Source of the DNA: Candidatus Heimdallarchaeum aukensis
GTDB lineage: Archaea > Asgardarchaeota > Heimdallarchaeia > Heimdallarchaeales > Heimdallarchaeaceae
NCBI GenBank assembly: GCA_021513695.1
Contig: CP084166.1
Span: 960,001 to 1,024,000, forward strand
Length of the DNA stretch: 64,000 nucleotides
Direction: 5' to 3'
The notes below the pieces were generated by a model. It was not told the DNA's origin. It saw only the letters and a list, made by a program, of their open reading frames with translations, and did no database searches. This document shows positions 29,755 through 39,835 of this stretch, in pieces. Every line of letters begins with the position of its first letter. Position 1 is the stretch's first letter. The position numbers were made by a program, and so were the translations under genes.

Positions 29755-31119
29755 TTAAGGTAAATGGTGATTGTAGAAAGGATCTACCTCTGTGTATTTT
29801 TCTCCGTCATAAATGAAAAATTCTGAATGAACATCATGAATTTCATCATATTGCTGGAAAAGAGGAGAAGTAGCAAGTATACTCCACTTTTTAGCTATTT
29901 CTGGATGAACAAAAATTATTTTGTTTGTCTCTTCATATCTTTTAATTGCTTCACAGAGAGATAAAGAAGCTGCCAGTGTTATCGCTGTTGGACTTCTTCT
30001 GAAGCTTGAATGATTCCAAAATTTTGTATTTTTTACAATAGTTTTCCTGCTTTTATCAGGATAAATATCCTTTGAAATTTTAGAAAGATCGATCAATTTG
30101 TTCAATAATTCTCTGTAATTTTTCTTGCTAAACTGGTATTTTGTACTAATGTCAAAGACAGTGAATCTAGCATCTAAAAATTCTGGTAATTCTTTTGCTG
30201 CACTTATAACATAATAATTTAATTCAAATTTTGATTGTTGTTCCAGAAGTTTATCAAGTAATTTTAGATCAATATCTACTTCATCTATAAAAATTACTGT
30301 TTTGTCAAATTTCATTTTTTCTGCTACCCATTTAGAAACATTTTCAGCCTTATTTGCTTCAATTTCTTCTTCATCTACATAGTTTCCTTCTTCGTCTTTC
30401 CAGAATTCAGTTCGATAAATAAAGGGTAGATTCTTTCTTTTACATTCTTTAATTAAAGAGTAAACTATCTGTGTTTTGCCTGACCCACCGTATCGACCAT
30501 AAATATGGACATATTTTTTTGGCTTTTTTCCCTTTAGTAATTTGTTAAATTCTCTTTCTATCTTTCTAGTTATTTTATGTTTTATTGTGAACTTATGTCT
30601 AGCCCAACAGATTGAAGGATCAACTAAAGGTAAAAAATTGTTGTACTTTTTAGCTATATTTTTTGCTTCCTCACGAGTTAGGCCTAGATGAAAAGAAAGT
30701 AGCTTTTCTTCATCGTAAGGAAGAGGTTTTTTTTCTATAATGTCTTCTCCATAAAGAAGTTCTTTTGTTTTATTGAGATTAATCATATCTTCTGGAAGAA
30801 GGAATCTTGGGTTAAAAAGATTGATTTTCCACAAGTCTGATTCTTTTATTATATATCCACGAGAAAAAGAATTAGCAATTTTTACTCCATCAGGCCAACC
30901 AAATTGGTCTTGTATTTTATCGTAGATATAGTCTATTTTCCTTAATTTTTTCTCTTTTACTTTGTCATTAAATATTAAAACTAGTCCTTCTCTATCTTTT
31001 AGAATAGTATTAAATCTGCTTATTTCTCGCTTAAAAGAATAAATGGCTGTGAGATTATTATTGTATGTTCTTACTAATTCATCAACAAGTTTTGTTTTAG
31101 CCAAATTTTCCTCATTCAT
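29755..31119 (-). CDS. P-loop NTPase (AAA-like) of unknown function.
   Basis: Walker A 'GRYGGSGKTQ' and Walker B 'VIFIDEVD'. Confidence 0.5.
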   Translation of the reverse strand: MNEENLAKTKLVDELVRTYNNNLTAIYSFKREISRFNTILKDREGLVLIFNDKVKEKKLRKIDYIYDKIQDQFGWPDGVKIANSFSRGYIIKESDLWKINLFNPRFLLPEDMINLNKTKELLYGEDIIEKKPLPYDEEKLLSFHLGLTREEAKNIAKKYNNFLPLVDPSICWARHKFTIKHKITRKIEREFNKLLKGKKPKKYVHIYGRYGGSGKTQIVYSLIKECKRKNLPFIYRTEFWKDEEGNYVDEEEIEANKAENVSKWVAEKMKFDKTVIFIDEVDIDLKLLDKLLEQQSKFELNYYVISAAKELPEFLDARFTVFDISTKYQFSKKNYRELLNKLIDLSKISKDIYPDKSRKTIVKNTKFWNHSSFRRSPTAITLAASLSLCEAIKRYEETNKIIFVHPEIAKKWSILATSPLFQQYDEIHDVHSEFFIYDGEKYTEVDPFYNHHLP

Positions 31120-31308
31120 TTGAATTCACTAATTATTGTTAAATTAGAAGTAAAACAACCCCTAAATAACTCTTATTAAAAGATCTCAATTTTCACTAAA
31201 AACTTATTGCAAATTAATAGTGACTTTTTCTATAAATTATATCACAAACCTTCTATATCTATTTCTTTGAAATAAAAAAATACTTAAATCAATCCTTAAC
31301 TTTTTTTT

Positions 31309-32646
31309 ATGCACATTTACGACGCAAAAGATGAGCAATCCTGCTTTTACTGTAGGAAGATAAATGAATACGAAAAGGATTATCCAATACGAAAAGGAGT
31401 ATTCACATTAGATAATTATGTTTATCGATGTCCTTTACACTCTCAATACAAATGTTCTAAATGTGGAGAATTTCACCATTTTAATTGGATGTATTATTGT
31501 CCTGAAGAGAAAAAACTTTTTTGTGGTTCATGTAACCCACCTACGTTACATCCTGTAGAGTTTTTTGATAGAACTTATGCGTATAAATTCAAGTGCACGA
31601 TTTGTGGTGAAGAGCATTTTGATTTGTATTTTGAAGAATATAAAGGAACCCACCCTTTTGAAATAAACCAAACAGAAGCTTTAGAGACAATAATAAGTGA
31701 TGTGAAACAATTACCGCATTGGAAACCTAAACAAGTAAGAGAAGGAAAAAAAATAAGCATAGAAGATGTAATTAGTAAGAACAAATTGTTTAAAGATCTA
31801 AAAAATGAATTTCATATTGGCTCTCTTGGAATTTATTCTGAACGAGAAGATATTGATCAGATTAACTTTGATGATACAAAGAATAAATGGGAACAGAATG
31901 CTGAAATTTGGATATCAGCGTATGATACAATGTCTGAACAAGATGAAGGAGATTTAAATAGACAATTAGTGATTGATCCTGTTTTAATGAATCTTATAGG
32001 AGATGTAAAGGGTCTTTCAATCTTAGATGCTGGATGTGGAAATGGATATTTAGCTAGAAAACTAGCAAAGCTAGGAGCTAAGGTTACTGGAGTAGATTTT
32101 TCAAAGAATTTTATTGATTATTGCAAAAGTAGAGAAGAGCAAGAGAAACTAGGATGCAAATTCTTTACTGCTTCGTTAGATGATTTGAGTATTTTTGATG
32201 AAGAGAGTTTCGATCTAGTTGTATCAAATATAGTTTTTATCGATGTAAAAAACTATGAACAATCCTTTTCAGAGATCAGCAGAGTATTAAAACAAAATGG
32301 AAGGTTTATCTGGTCAAATCTTCATCCATGTTTTGGAAGAATAAACCAATTTAACATGAAATTACCTTTTGATAATCCGAGAAATGAAGATAAAATAATT
32401 ATTTTTGACCGTTATTTCGATTCTAGAGCTAAACTTATCTCGTGGGGAAAAATAAAACCTATTTGGCAATTTGAAAGAACTTTGACAGAGTATTCTAAGG
32501 CTTTAAAAAATGCAGGATTTGTAATAACAGAAATAGTAGAACCTAAACCAGAAATAGAAAAAATACAGAAACACCCAAAATTTCTAGCTTTTGAATATGA
32601 GAGAGCTCCAACTTTTATAATCTTTGAATGTCAAAAAATTAAATAA
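31309..32646 (+). CDS. N-terminal multi-CxxC zinc-finger domain fused to a class I SAM-dependent methyltransferase.
   Basis: Six or more CxxC pairs in the first 110 aa. Motif I 'ILDAGCGNGYLARKLAKLGAKVTGVDFS'. Confidence 0.6.
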   Translation: MHIYDAKDEQSCFYCRKINEYEKDYPIRKGVFTLDNYVYRCPLHSQYKCSKCGEFHHFNWMYYCPEEKKLFCGSCNPPTLHPVEFFDRTYAYKFKCTICGEEHFDLYFEEYKGTHPFEINQTEALETIISDVKQLPHWKPKQVREGKKISIEDVISKNKLFKDLKNEFHIGSLGIYSEREDIDQINFDDTKNKWEQNAEIWISAYDTMSEQDEGDLNRQLVIDPVLMNLIGDVKGLSILDAGCGNGYLARKLAKLGAKVTGVDFSKNFIDYCKSREEQEKLGCKFFTASLDDLSIFDEESFDLVVSNIVFIDVKNYEQSFSEISRVLKQNGRFIWSNLHPCFGRINQFNMKLPFDNPRNEDKIIIFDRYFDSRAKLISWGKIKPIWQFERTLTEYSKALKNAGFVITEIVEPKPEIEKIQKHPKFLAFEYERAPTFIIFECQKIK

Positions 32647-32807
32647 TCTTAAAACAAAGTCTTTTTTCATTTTTTTAACAGTAACTTACAACTAAATCAG
32701 ATATTTTCTTCAAAATGTCCTGTGTTGCACTCTGTTTCGTTATTAGTTAAACTATTGGCGGAAAAAGGTAAAAGTAACATTAAAAAAAGTTAAACATACG
32801 ATAGAAA

Positions 32808-33065
32808 ATGAATATGAAAATGAAAATTGTAGAATGGAAATGGACTATACTTTCTGTTTTAATTACAACAATTTCCTTAATTTTAACAATAGTTTACGGC
32901 TTTCCATTTTTATTTCTAATGATTTTTCCTCCCCTATTCTTAGGAAGAAAAAAATGGAAATTTTACGAAGAAGAACTAGTTGGGCAATACTGTGAGAATT
33001 GTGGATACCAATACCAAGGTTTTGAACAATACTGCCCTATATGTGGTTTTAAGAAAAATAAATGA
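32808..33065 (+). CDS. Small membrane protein with a C-terminal zinc ribbon (CENCG…CPICG).
   Basis: TM segment plus CxxC…CxxC. Confidence 0.4.
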   Translation: MNMKMKIVEWKWTILSVLITTISLILTIVYGFPFLFLMIFPPLFLGRKKWKFYEEELVGQYCENCGYQYQGFEQYCPICGFKKNK

Positions 33066-33085
33066 ATAAAAAAAAGAAGGGAGAA

Positions 33086-34231
33086 TTAAAGAATTTGTGT
33101 AATGTTTTTTTCTACCCATTCAATAGGTTGATCGAACACTTCTTCTTTTCCTGCTTTCCATGATTTTGTTTCTGTATCAAAGTTTTTGTGATAAAACCAA
33201 TAGAGCATACTGTGGATATGATCCAGATGGTAATACTCAAGTTTGTCACATATCCCCCATAATAGATTGCTAAAAGCAGATGTATATACGGGAGGTAAAT
33301 TAAGTCTCCATAAAAACCCATCTTCTAGAAGAACAAATCCTGAATCAAAGGGAACCGGTGAATCATGAAGTAATTTGTAAAGTTTAAACTTGACTTCATC
33401 TGAACAATAAGCTCTAAACATTATTAGATCAACAAATTGAACTTTAGCTCTCCTATAGCCTAATCTGTATTCTTTGATTACATTATCGTTGAGAAATTTT
33501 ATTCTGCGAGTAATTGTAGCAGGAGAAACAGAAAATTTATTTGCTAATTCAATTTTTGAAAATTCTCTAGCATCCTTTGTTAACTGACGTAGTAATAAAA
33601 GGTCGATTTCAGTTAGTTTTTCCATCACATTTTTACATTGGTGAGGTTGATAGTTGTTTTCAAAAGACATGGTTAAGAAGTGCTTAAACCAAGAACCTAG
33701 GTTTATTTTTCCATCTTCAATTTGCCAGACCCATTCTCCTTTGTCATTGTCATAAAAAGTGAAATCAGGAAAATTGCTGTGGTGATAATCTAGTGAAGGA
33801 AGAGTATTGAAGCTGTCAATTATATTGAGTTTCATTAGTTCTGTAAAAAGATCTTCCAAATATCTGTATGCAGACTGAGGAATGTTGAATTGCAAAAAAA
33901 GTCCTTGTCTACTACCAATAACCCTGTTTCTGTAACTTGTGAAATTATGAAAATCGGCAAGTTTTTCCAAGAATTTTATATTAGATAATTTATTTGATTC
34001 GACAAAAACACTGTAGGTTTTAAGACCTATTGAATCCACACAAATTCTGGCTTGAACACTTTCTAACCCAGCTTTATTTCCAACTTTTTTACCAATATAC
34101 CCTTCAGAGACTAAAATATTATAATGTGCTTTAGCTGTTTTATCTGTAATTCCTAATGCACTAGCTATTTCAGTGAAACTAGCTAATGGATTCTTCTGTA
34201 AATACTGAAATTCTTTGAAGTACGGAATCAT
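33086..34231 (-). CDS. Dual-HTH regulator (two Lrp/AsnC-type HTH-like segments).
   Basis: 'SFTEIASALGITDKTAKAHYNILVSEGYI' and 'LLRQLTKDAREFSKIELANKFSVSPATITRRIKFL'. Confidence 0.45.
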   Translation of the reverse strand: MIPYFKEFQYLQKNPLASFTEIASALGITDKTAKAHYNILVSEGYIGKKVGNKAGLESVQARICVDSIGLKTYSVFVESNKLSNIKFLEKLADFHNFTSYRNRVIGSRQGLFLQFNIPQSAYRYLEDLFTELMKLNIIDSFNTLPSLDYHHSNFPDFTFYDNDKGEWVWQIEDGKINLGSWFKHFLTMSFENNYQPHQCKNVMEKLTEIDLLLLRQLTKDAREFSKIELANKFSVSPATITRRIKFLNDNVIKEYRLGYRRAKVQFVDLIMFRAYCSDEVKFKLYKLLHDSPVPFDSGFVLLEDGFLWRLNLPPVYTSAFSNLLWGICDKLEYYHLDHIHSMLYWFYHKNFDTETKSWKAGKEEVFDQPIEWVEKNITQIL

Positions 34232-34281
34232 CTATTTTGTCTCCTAACAAGGTTAATAATAAAGTTGAGAAAAATTAATTT

Positions 34282-34740
34282 TTAAATAACTCTTATACCA
34301 ACGTATGGATCTCCTTCACTTCCTCCAGGGGGGTCAAAAATCATTATGTCAGTTACCGATAACCATCCATTGTTATTGGTTATGATAGAAGCTTCAACTA
34401 TATAGTCTCCAGAAACAGTAGCATGATTATAGAAAATAACTTCAAATCTTAATGATTTCAAGGAAGTAAATACGTGATACATAACTGTACTTTCTTCATT
34501 AATGGGGTTAGTTAGCGTCACTACTAAATAGTATTTTTCAGTGGTTGAACTTGTATCTACATTAACTGTTAAGTAAGTATAAATGTCAGTATCGATATAA
34601 TACGCGTCATCAATTATAATTTCATGTACATCAACAGAAAGTGTTCTCACAGATGCTGCATCTACTGCAGCGATTTGAGAAATAAAAAATAAACTAGAGA
34701 TCAAAAGCAAATATGAGAGCAATTTATATTTACTATTCAT
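34282..34740 (-). CDS. Small secreted protein (signal peptide), unknown function.
   Basis: N-terminal hydrophobic signal; beta-rich composition. Confidence 0.4.
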   Translation of the reverse strand: MNSKYKLLSYLLLISSLFFISQIAAVDAASVRTLSVDVHEIIIDDAYYIDTDIYTYLTVNVDTSSTTEKYYLVVTLTNPINEESTVMYHVFTSLKSLRFEVIFYNHATVSGDYIVEASIITNNNGWLSVTDIMIFDPPGGSEGDPYVGIRVI

Positions 34741-34824
34741 ATGAAAAAGAAAGTTTTTTATTATAAAAATTTTTCCGAAAAATTTACTTTCAATTGAATA
34801 AGAAAAAAAGAAATTTCTATCTCG

Positions 34825-35625
34825 TTAGAGATAGAAGAAAACTCCGGTATCGCCATCAAATTCTTGAGGTGTATCTCCACCGTCATAAGGATAAACGGAT
34901 AGAGCACTATCAAAAGTCTCTTCCATTGAAGCTGAACCACCATATATTCCAATAAGAGTGTATTCTAAGAAGTAATAGGTCCAAGCTCCATTTTGATGAG
35001 TAGGATCATCATATCCGTATCCATCGTCGGTGCAGGTTGTGGTCATATACACCTTAGCAGCATTAGCGTTTTCCATAACTTCATTCATACCGCCACTGAA
35101 GCAGTGATCAAGGAAAATGAAGGTGTTACTTACAGATGGGGCCATCATATCTTTAAGTTCTGAGTCATAAATTAGACCATCTTCTCCATTTTGACCAGCA
35201 CTTGTGTCCCACATGCATAATGCTTGAACATAGACACGAGTCCATCTGCTTCTTCCACCAATGTTGACCTCTGTTCCATGACCTGAACTTATGAATGCTA
35301 CGATATCGTTTTCGTCAGCTTGTGCAAGTATGTTTGCCCAAGCAGTTTTTACGTTATATTCTGTGGCTAATCCATCATATTGTGGATAATTTGCAGGATT
35401 GCTATCTCCTAATAATACTATTTGATAGCCTAATCCATTTAAGTAATTATACCAATCGGTAGCATCTTCATCGCAGTATGATAAGTCGCTAATTACGTCA
35501 TAGTCGCTTATACCGATAATAAGAGCATATTTGTCAACAGGATCAACTACAGCTTTTGCTGCTGTTATTGATGTAAACAATACCATCAAACCGATAAAAC
35601 CCATAAGGATTGTTTTTCTTTTCAT
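34825..35625 (-). CDS. Secreted caspase-like (clan CD) peptidase, paralog of the C-terminal domain of 8188..10281.
   Basis: Signal peptide. 'YALIIGISDYDVISDLSYCDEDATDWY', 'FISSGHG', 'FLDHCFSGG' collinear with the domain in 8188..10281. Confidence 0.65.
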   Translation of the reverse strand: MKRKTILMGFIGLMVLFTSITAAKAVVDPVDKYALIIGISDYDVISDLSYCDEDATDWYNYLNGLGYQIVLLGDSNPANYPQYDGLATEYNVKTAWANILAQADENDIVAFISSGHGTEVNIGGRSRWTRVYVQALCMWDTSAGQNGEDGLIYDSELKDMMAPSVSNTFIFLDHCFSGGMNEVMENANAAKVYMTTTCTDDGYGYDDPTHQNGAWTYYFLEYTLIGIYGGSASMEETFDSALSVYPYDGGDTPQEFDGDTGVFFYL

Positions 35626-36033
35626 TTGTTATCACTTGGGTTAAACCCAATTAAATTCGATTTTTTTAATTAATAAAGGTTATGAAAAAAATCAGAAAAA
35701 GCAAATTAAAAATTCCGAAAAATATTATATATCTTTCTTTTTTCAATATTCTGAAGAAAATAATAAAAAAAGGTAAAGTAAGGCAAAAAAATAGAAAAAA
35801 GAAGGAAAAGTGATGTCAGAAAAAACAGAAATTAACAAATTTACATAGAAATTTTCTTATTTAGTGTAAGTAATGCAAATGAGAATTGAAATGAAACGAA
35901 GTTAAATTGTTAAATTAGCTTAAAGAACATATTTGTAAATTAATGAAGAAAGGTGTATCCGAAAAATAAAACTTTTGAAATAGTGCAAAAACGTACAGAT
36001 AAACTATTTAAACAGATTTTTTAATATTAATTT

Positions 36034-36765
36034 ATGTCTCATAATTTTCAGTTTTTAACTTGGGAAGATGTAAAGAATCTAGATAAAGAGAAAACAGTTA
36101 TACTTCTTCCTTTAGGAAGCATTGAACAACATGGACCTCAAAATCCTATAGGGACTGATTATCTTATTTCTTCATATATTGCAGAAAAGTCTTCAGAAAA
36201 AAACCCGATGGCTTACTGTTTACCTCCAATACCTGTAGGTGTTTCTTCACATCACCGTAACTTTCCTGGAACTTTATGGTTCAGTCCAGAAGTGTTTAGA
36301 TCTATAATTAAAGAAATATTTCTGGCTCTTAAACACCACGGATTCAAGAAAATTATCGTTGTAAATGGACATGGAGGAAATACTGCTTCAATAATGGAAG
36401 TTATTGGAGAATTTAATGATAAACATGATTTTGTCTCCCTATTGTTTGAGTGGTGGAAAGATGAAAAGATATTAGAAGAAGTTATAGGTCATTCACAAGT
36501 TATCCATGCAGATGAGGTAGAAACTTCTGTAATCTGGGCTGTTAATGAGGAATACGTGAAGAAAGAGAAATTTGAAAATTTGACTTCATCTCCAAAGTGG
36601 GGAAGATATATTGGTGATCTATTTCTTTCTTCTCGGACAGACCAATTCACAGAGAGTGGTATTGCTGGGGCTTTAAATAACATTTCTCGTGAGAATGGTT
36701 TGAAAATATTAGAAGAATGTATAAAGAAACTTGATAGACACATTGATCTTTTAAGTAAGTACTAA
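36034..36765 (+). CDS. Creatininase-family amidohydrolase (archaeal ArfB/MptB-like).
   Basis: 'LLPLGSIEQHGP…' and 'VVNGHGGN' motifs. Confidence 0.7.
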   Translation: MSHNFQFLTWEDVKNLDKEKTVILLPLGSIEQHGPQNPIGTDYLISSYIAEKSSEKNPMAYCLPPIPVGVSSHHRNFPGTLWFSPEVFRSIIKEIFLALKHHGFKKIIVVNGHGGNTASIMEVIGEFNDKHDFVSLLFEWWKDEKILEEVIGHSQVIHADEVETSVIWAVNEEYVKKEKFENLTSSPKWGRYIGDLFLSSRTDQFTESGIAGALNNISRENGLKILEECIKKLDRHIDLLSKY

Positions 36766-36825
36766 TTTTTTACTTTTTTTTAAAGGTAAATAGGATGATT
36801 CTCTTTTTCCGAAATTCGAAATTAT

Positions 36826-36960
36826 AGGAAAAGGGGAAAAAAGAAGAGAAGAGGAAAAAAAGAAGAAGAAAGGAGAGGGGAGGAGAGAAGAGGAGTGGAG
36901 TGAAGATGAGGGTTTTAAATAGGGAAAAAAAGTAAGATAAATGAAAAAAAATGAGGAAAA
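36826..36960 (+). repeat. Polypurine tract: 70 nt of pure A/G (36826-36895), continuing purine-rich to about 36960, immediately upstream of the TnpB-like gene.
   Basis: Seen directly (GGAAAAGGGGAAAAAAGAAGAGAAGAGGAAAAAAAGAAGAAGAAAGGAGAGGGGAGGAGAGAAGAGGAG). Confidence 0.8.
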
Positions 36961-38208
36961 AGGTGTGGCGAACTGAGGAAATATGGGTGAAAGATTCGAT
37001 CACTCTAAAACAGTTAGCACACAAGGTAAAAAACTTGTATAATCAAGCAAATTACATTATTAAGTATCAGTTAAGAAGAAGTAAATATTTCACAAAAGAG
37101 TTTGAACTAATGAATATTTTAAGGTATCACCCCGACTTACACAGCTTTACCTGGTCATACGGCACAACAGACGATAAAGTTTCTATGTTTAGCGTGGAAA
37201 GGGTATTTTAGGTCTTTAGAAGAATGGAAAAAGGAACCAGAAAAGTTTAACGGTAAACCTCGTCCTCCAAGATATAAGAAGAAAGAGGGACTAGGTATAA
37301 TCTATTTTACTAACTCTCAAGTGAAAATTAAAGAAGAAAAAGAAAAAGAAAAGAAAAGTAAAGGTAAATTCTTTATCTCTTTTCCTAAACGTGTAGGACT
37401 AAAGATAGTTACAAGACTCGACCCTTCAACTAAAGTGAAGTTTGCCCGGCTCATACCTATGGGAACGAAGTTTAAATTAGAGATAGTTTACGAGAAAGAG
37501 ATAGAAGAGCTAAAAGAACGACCAGCAGAAAGAGTTTTAGCTCTTGTTCTGGGAGTGAATAACCTTGTAGCTGGTTTGACCACTATTCCTGGTGAAAAAG
37601 GCTTCCTGATAAATGGTCGGCCCATTAAAGCTGTTAATCAGTGGTTCAACAAACGTAAAGCAAAATTACAGTCAATCTATGACAGACAAGGGTTAACCAC
37701 TTGGGGAAGAAAAATGCTCACCCTCCAGTTAGAGCGAATGTGTAAAATAGCTGACTATTTCCATAAAGCAAGTAGAAAAATAGTAGACTACTGTTTAGAA
37801 AAAAACATTGATACAATAGTTATAGGTTATAACCCCCGATGGAAACAGAAGGTTGATATGGGTAAAAAAAATAACCAAAACTTCGTTTTTATCCCCTTCA
37901 AAACCCTCATTGATAAAATCACTTACAAAGCAGAAGAAAAAGGAATAAAAGTTATTCCTACCAAAGAATATTACACTTCTGTCTGCAGTTTCTTGGATAA
38001 TGAAGAGATAGCTTTTCACACTCATTATGCTGGTAAAAGGATCCACCGTGGACTGTTTATCAGTGCCCAAGGATTAAGAATTAACGCTGATATCAACTCT
38101 GCAGGTAATATCGGTCGCAAAGTATTCCCCACGTTATTCTCTGTTATGTCTAACTACGGGATAGTCTGGGGTGCCGTGGTTCACCCTGTCCGTTGGAAAA
38201 TAAGTTAG
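36951..38208 (+). pseudogene. tnpB: TnpB-like (IS200/IS605 OrfB family) gene interrupted by a +1 frameshift near the C4 run at 37130-37133. RuvC-I Asp and RuvC-II Glu appear substituted.
   Basis: Frame 0 carries the N-terminal segment. Frame +1 from ~37122 reads '…YTALPGHTAQQTIKFLCLAWKGYFRSLEEWKKEPEKFNGKPRPPRYKKK…', the classic TnpB helix. Downstream: '…NADINSAGNIG' RuvC-III. Zn-finger cysteines are largely absent. Confidence 0.65.
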
Positions 38209-38375
38209 CAAGTTAAGTTAGTCCAGCTCTTACGCTGTTCTTTCTCTTTCTTTATTTTTCGACCGACTAAACTTACTACTTCTTCCGATTTTTAATCAAA
38301 ATCGGAATTTGGGAAAAGGTAAACCATAAAACTTAAAACACCCTTTTTTTTGCTTGCTTATCTTAAGGTGTTTAA

Positions 38376-39662
38376 ATGACTGAACAGTTGGATCTCTCTT
38401 TGGTATATACTCCTAAAGAACAATATCTTACTCTAATTGGGGTAGTTATGGCTTGGATGTTTGATGCAGCAGATTTTTTGCTGTTGACATTCTTAATTAT
38501 ACAAATTGGAGAAGATTTTGGGATAGACTCTCATACAAAGAGCTGGTTATTAGGATTGCAGTTACTGGGTACAGGATTAGGAGGATTACTTTTTGGTTAC
38601 TTAGGTGATATTTTAGGAAGAAAAAGAACTTTGATTTTTGTTATTAGTATATATAGTATTTGTACAGCAGCAACAGCTTTCGTATGGACTATTGAAGCTT
38701 TATTTGTAGTTCGGATATTAACTGGATTTGGTGTAGGAGGAGTATGGGCTTTAGGTTCAAGTCTTATTTCAGAAATATGGCCAAAAGAAAAAAGAAATGT
38801 AGGAATAGCAATAACACAAGCAGGATGGCCTTTAGGTGAACTGATCGCTGCTTTAATTGTATCATTTATTGTTCCAGTTTTTGATGCTTCACATGTTGTT
38901 GTAGGCTCAAAAGTATTGCATGGATGGAGAATGGCTTTTCTCTTTGGGGGTTTAGCACTTTTTAGTGCATTATTTATTCACCTTTTTGTTCCAGAATCAA
39001 AGGGGTGGAAGAAAAAACAATCCTTAAAATTGAAAGACAGAGGAGAAAATAATCTAGAAATAAGAGTTTTCAGGGAACTTTTCTCTAAAAGATTGTTCAA
39101 AACGTTTCTTTTAGGTTTATTATTTGGTATTACTGGAATGATGACTTTCTATTCAATAAATTCATGGCTACCTGAATATTTCCAAAGAAATGGTTTAAAA
39201 CTGAAAGATTCTGCTTTAATGATCGGTTTATTTTGGGGAACCTCTGGATATATTGGACATGTGCTTTTTGGATTTATATCAAATAAAATAGGTAGAAAAC
39301 CTACTTTTATTGGTTATACTTCTTTGGTTGTATCTTCTGGAATCATAATGTATCTCTGGGTAACTGAAACATGGGCAAAATATTTAGGTTTGGCCTTATT
39401 TACATTTGGTTGTGGATACTTCTCAAGTTTTGGTGCAGTGTTCAGCGAGATTTATCCAACTGAGGTGAGAAGCACAGCTTCATCAATCTCATATAATGGA
39501 GCTAGAGGTTTTTCATTAGTTGCACCTCCATTGGTCATTTGGGTAGGAGACGTCTTTAATAACATGGGTGCAGGCTTAATGGTTGGTGGATTCTTTGTTA
39601 TTTTAAGTTCTATAATATTGTTCTTTCTTCCAACAAAAGAAGGACAAGATATTATAGACTAA
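38376..39662 (+). CDS. MFS transporter.
   Basis: 428 aa, 12 TM; 'GxLxDxxGRKR'-like motif 'GDILGRKRT'. Confidence 0.7.
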   Translation: MTEQLDLSLVYTPKEQYLTLIGVVMAWMFDAADFLLLTFLIIQIGEDFGIDSHTKSWLLGLQLLGTGLGGLLFGYLGDILGRKRTLIFVISIYSICTAATAFVWTIEALFVVRILTGFGVGGVWALGSSLISEIWPKEKRNVGIAITQAGWPLGELIAALIVSFIVPVFDASHVVVGSKVLHGWRMAFLFGGLALFSALFIHLFVPESKGWKKKQSLKLKDRGENNLEIRVFRELFSKRLFKTFLLGLLFGITGMMTFYSINSWLPEYFQRNGLKLKDSALMIGLFWGTSGYIGHVLFGFISNKIGRKPTFIGYTSLVVSSGIIMYLWVTETWAKYLGLALFTFGCGYFSSFGAVFSEIYPTEVRSTASSISYNGARGFSLVAPPLVIWVGDVFNNMGAGLMVGGFFVILSSIILFFLPTKEGQDIID

Positions 39663-39835
39663 TTTTTTATTTTTTAAATAACTATTAAGAGACTGTTAGG
39701 AATAATTGTATTAACTTTTTGGCATATTCGTTTAAATAGATTATTTAAGTTCAATTTAATCTCTTTTTCAAAAAACTTTGCTTAATTCAAACGAAAAAAT
39801 TCTTAAATACTTCATAGATTTTAGTCTTGTTGAAT

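Noticed and set aside
36770-37024. 84-aa minus-strand ORF rich in Phe/Leu/Ser.
   Set aside because: It is the antisense translation of the polypurine tract (low complexity) and overlaps the TnpB N-terminus. Not a plausible gene.
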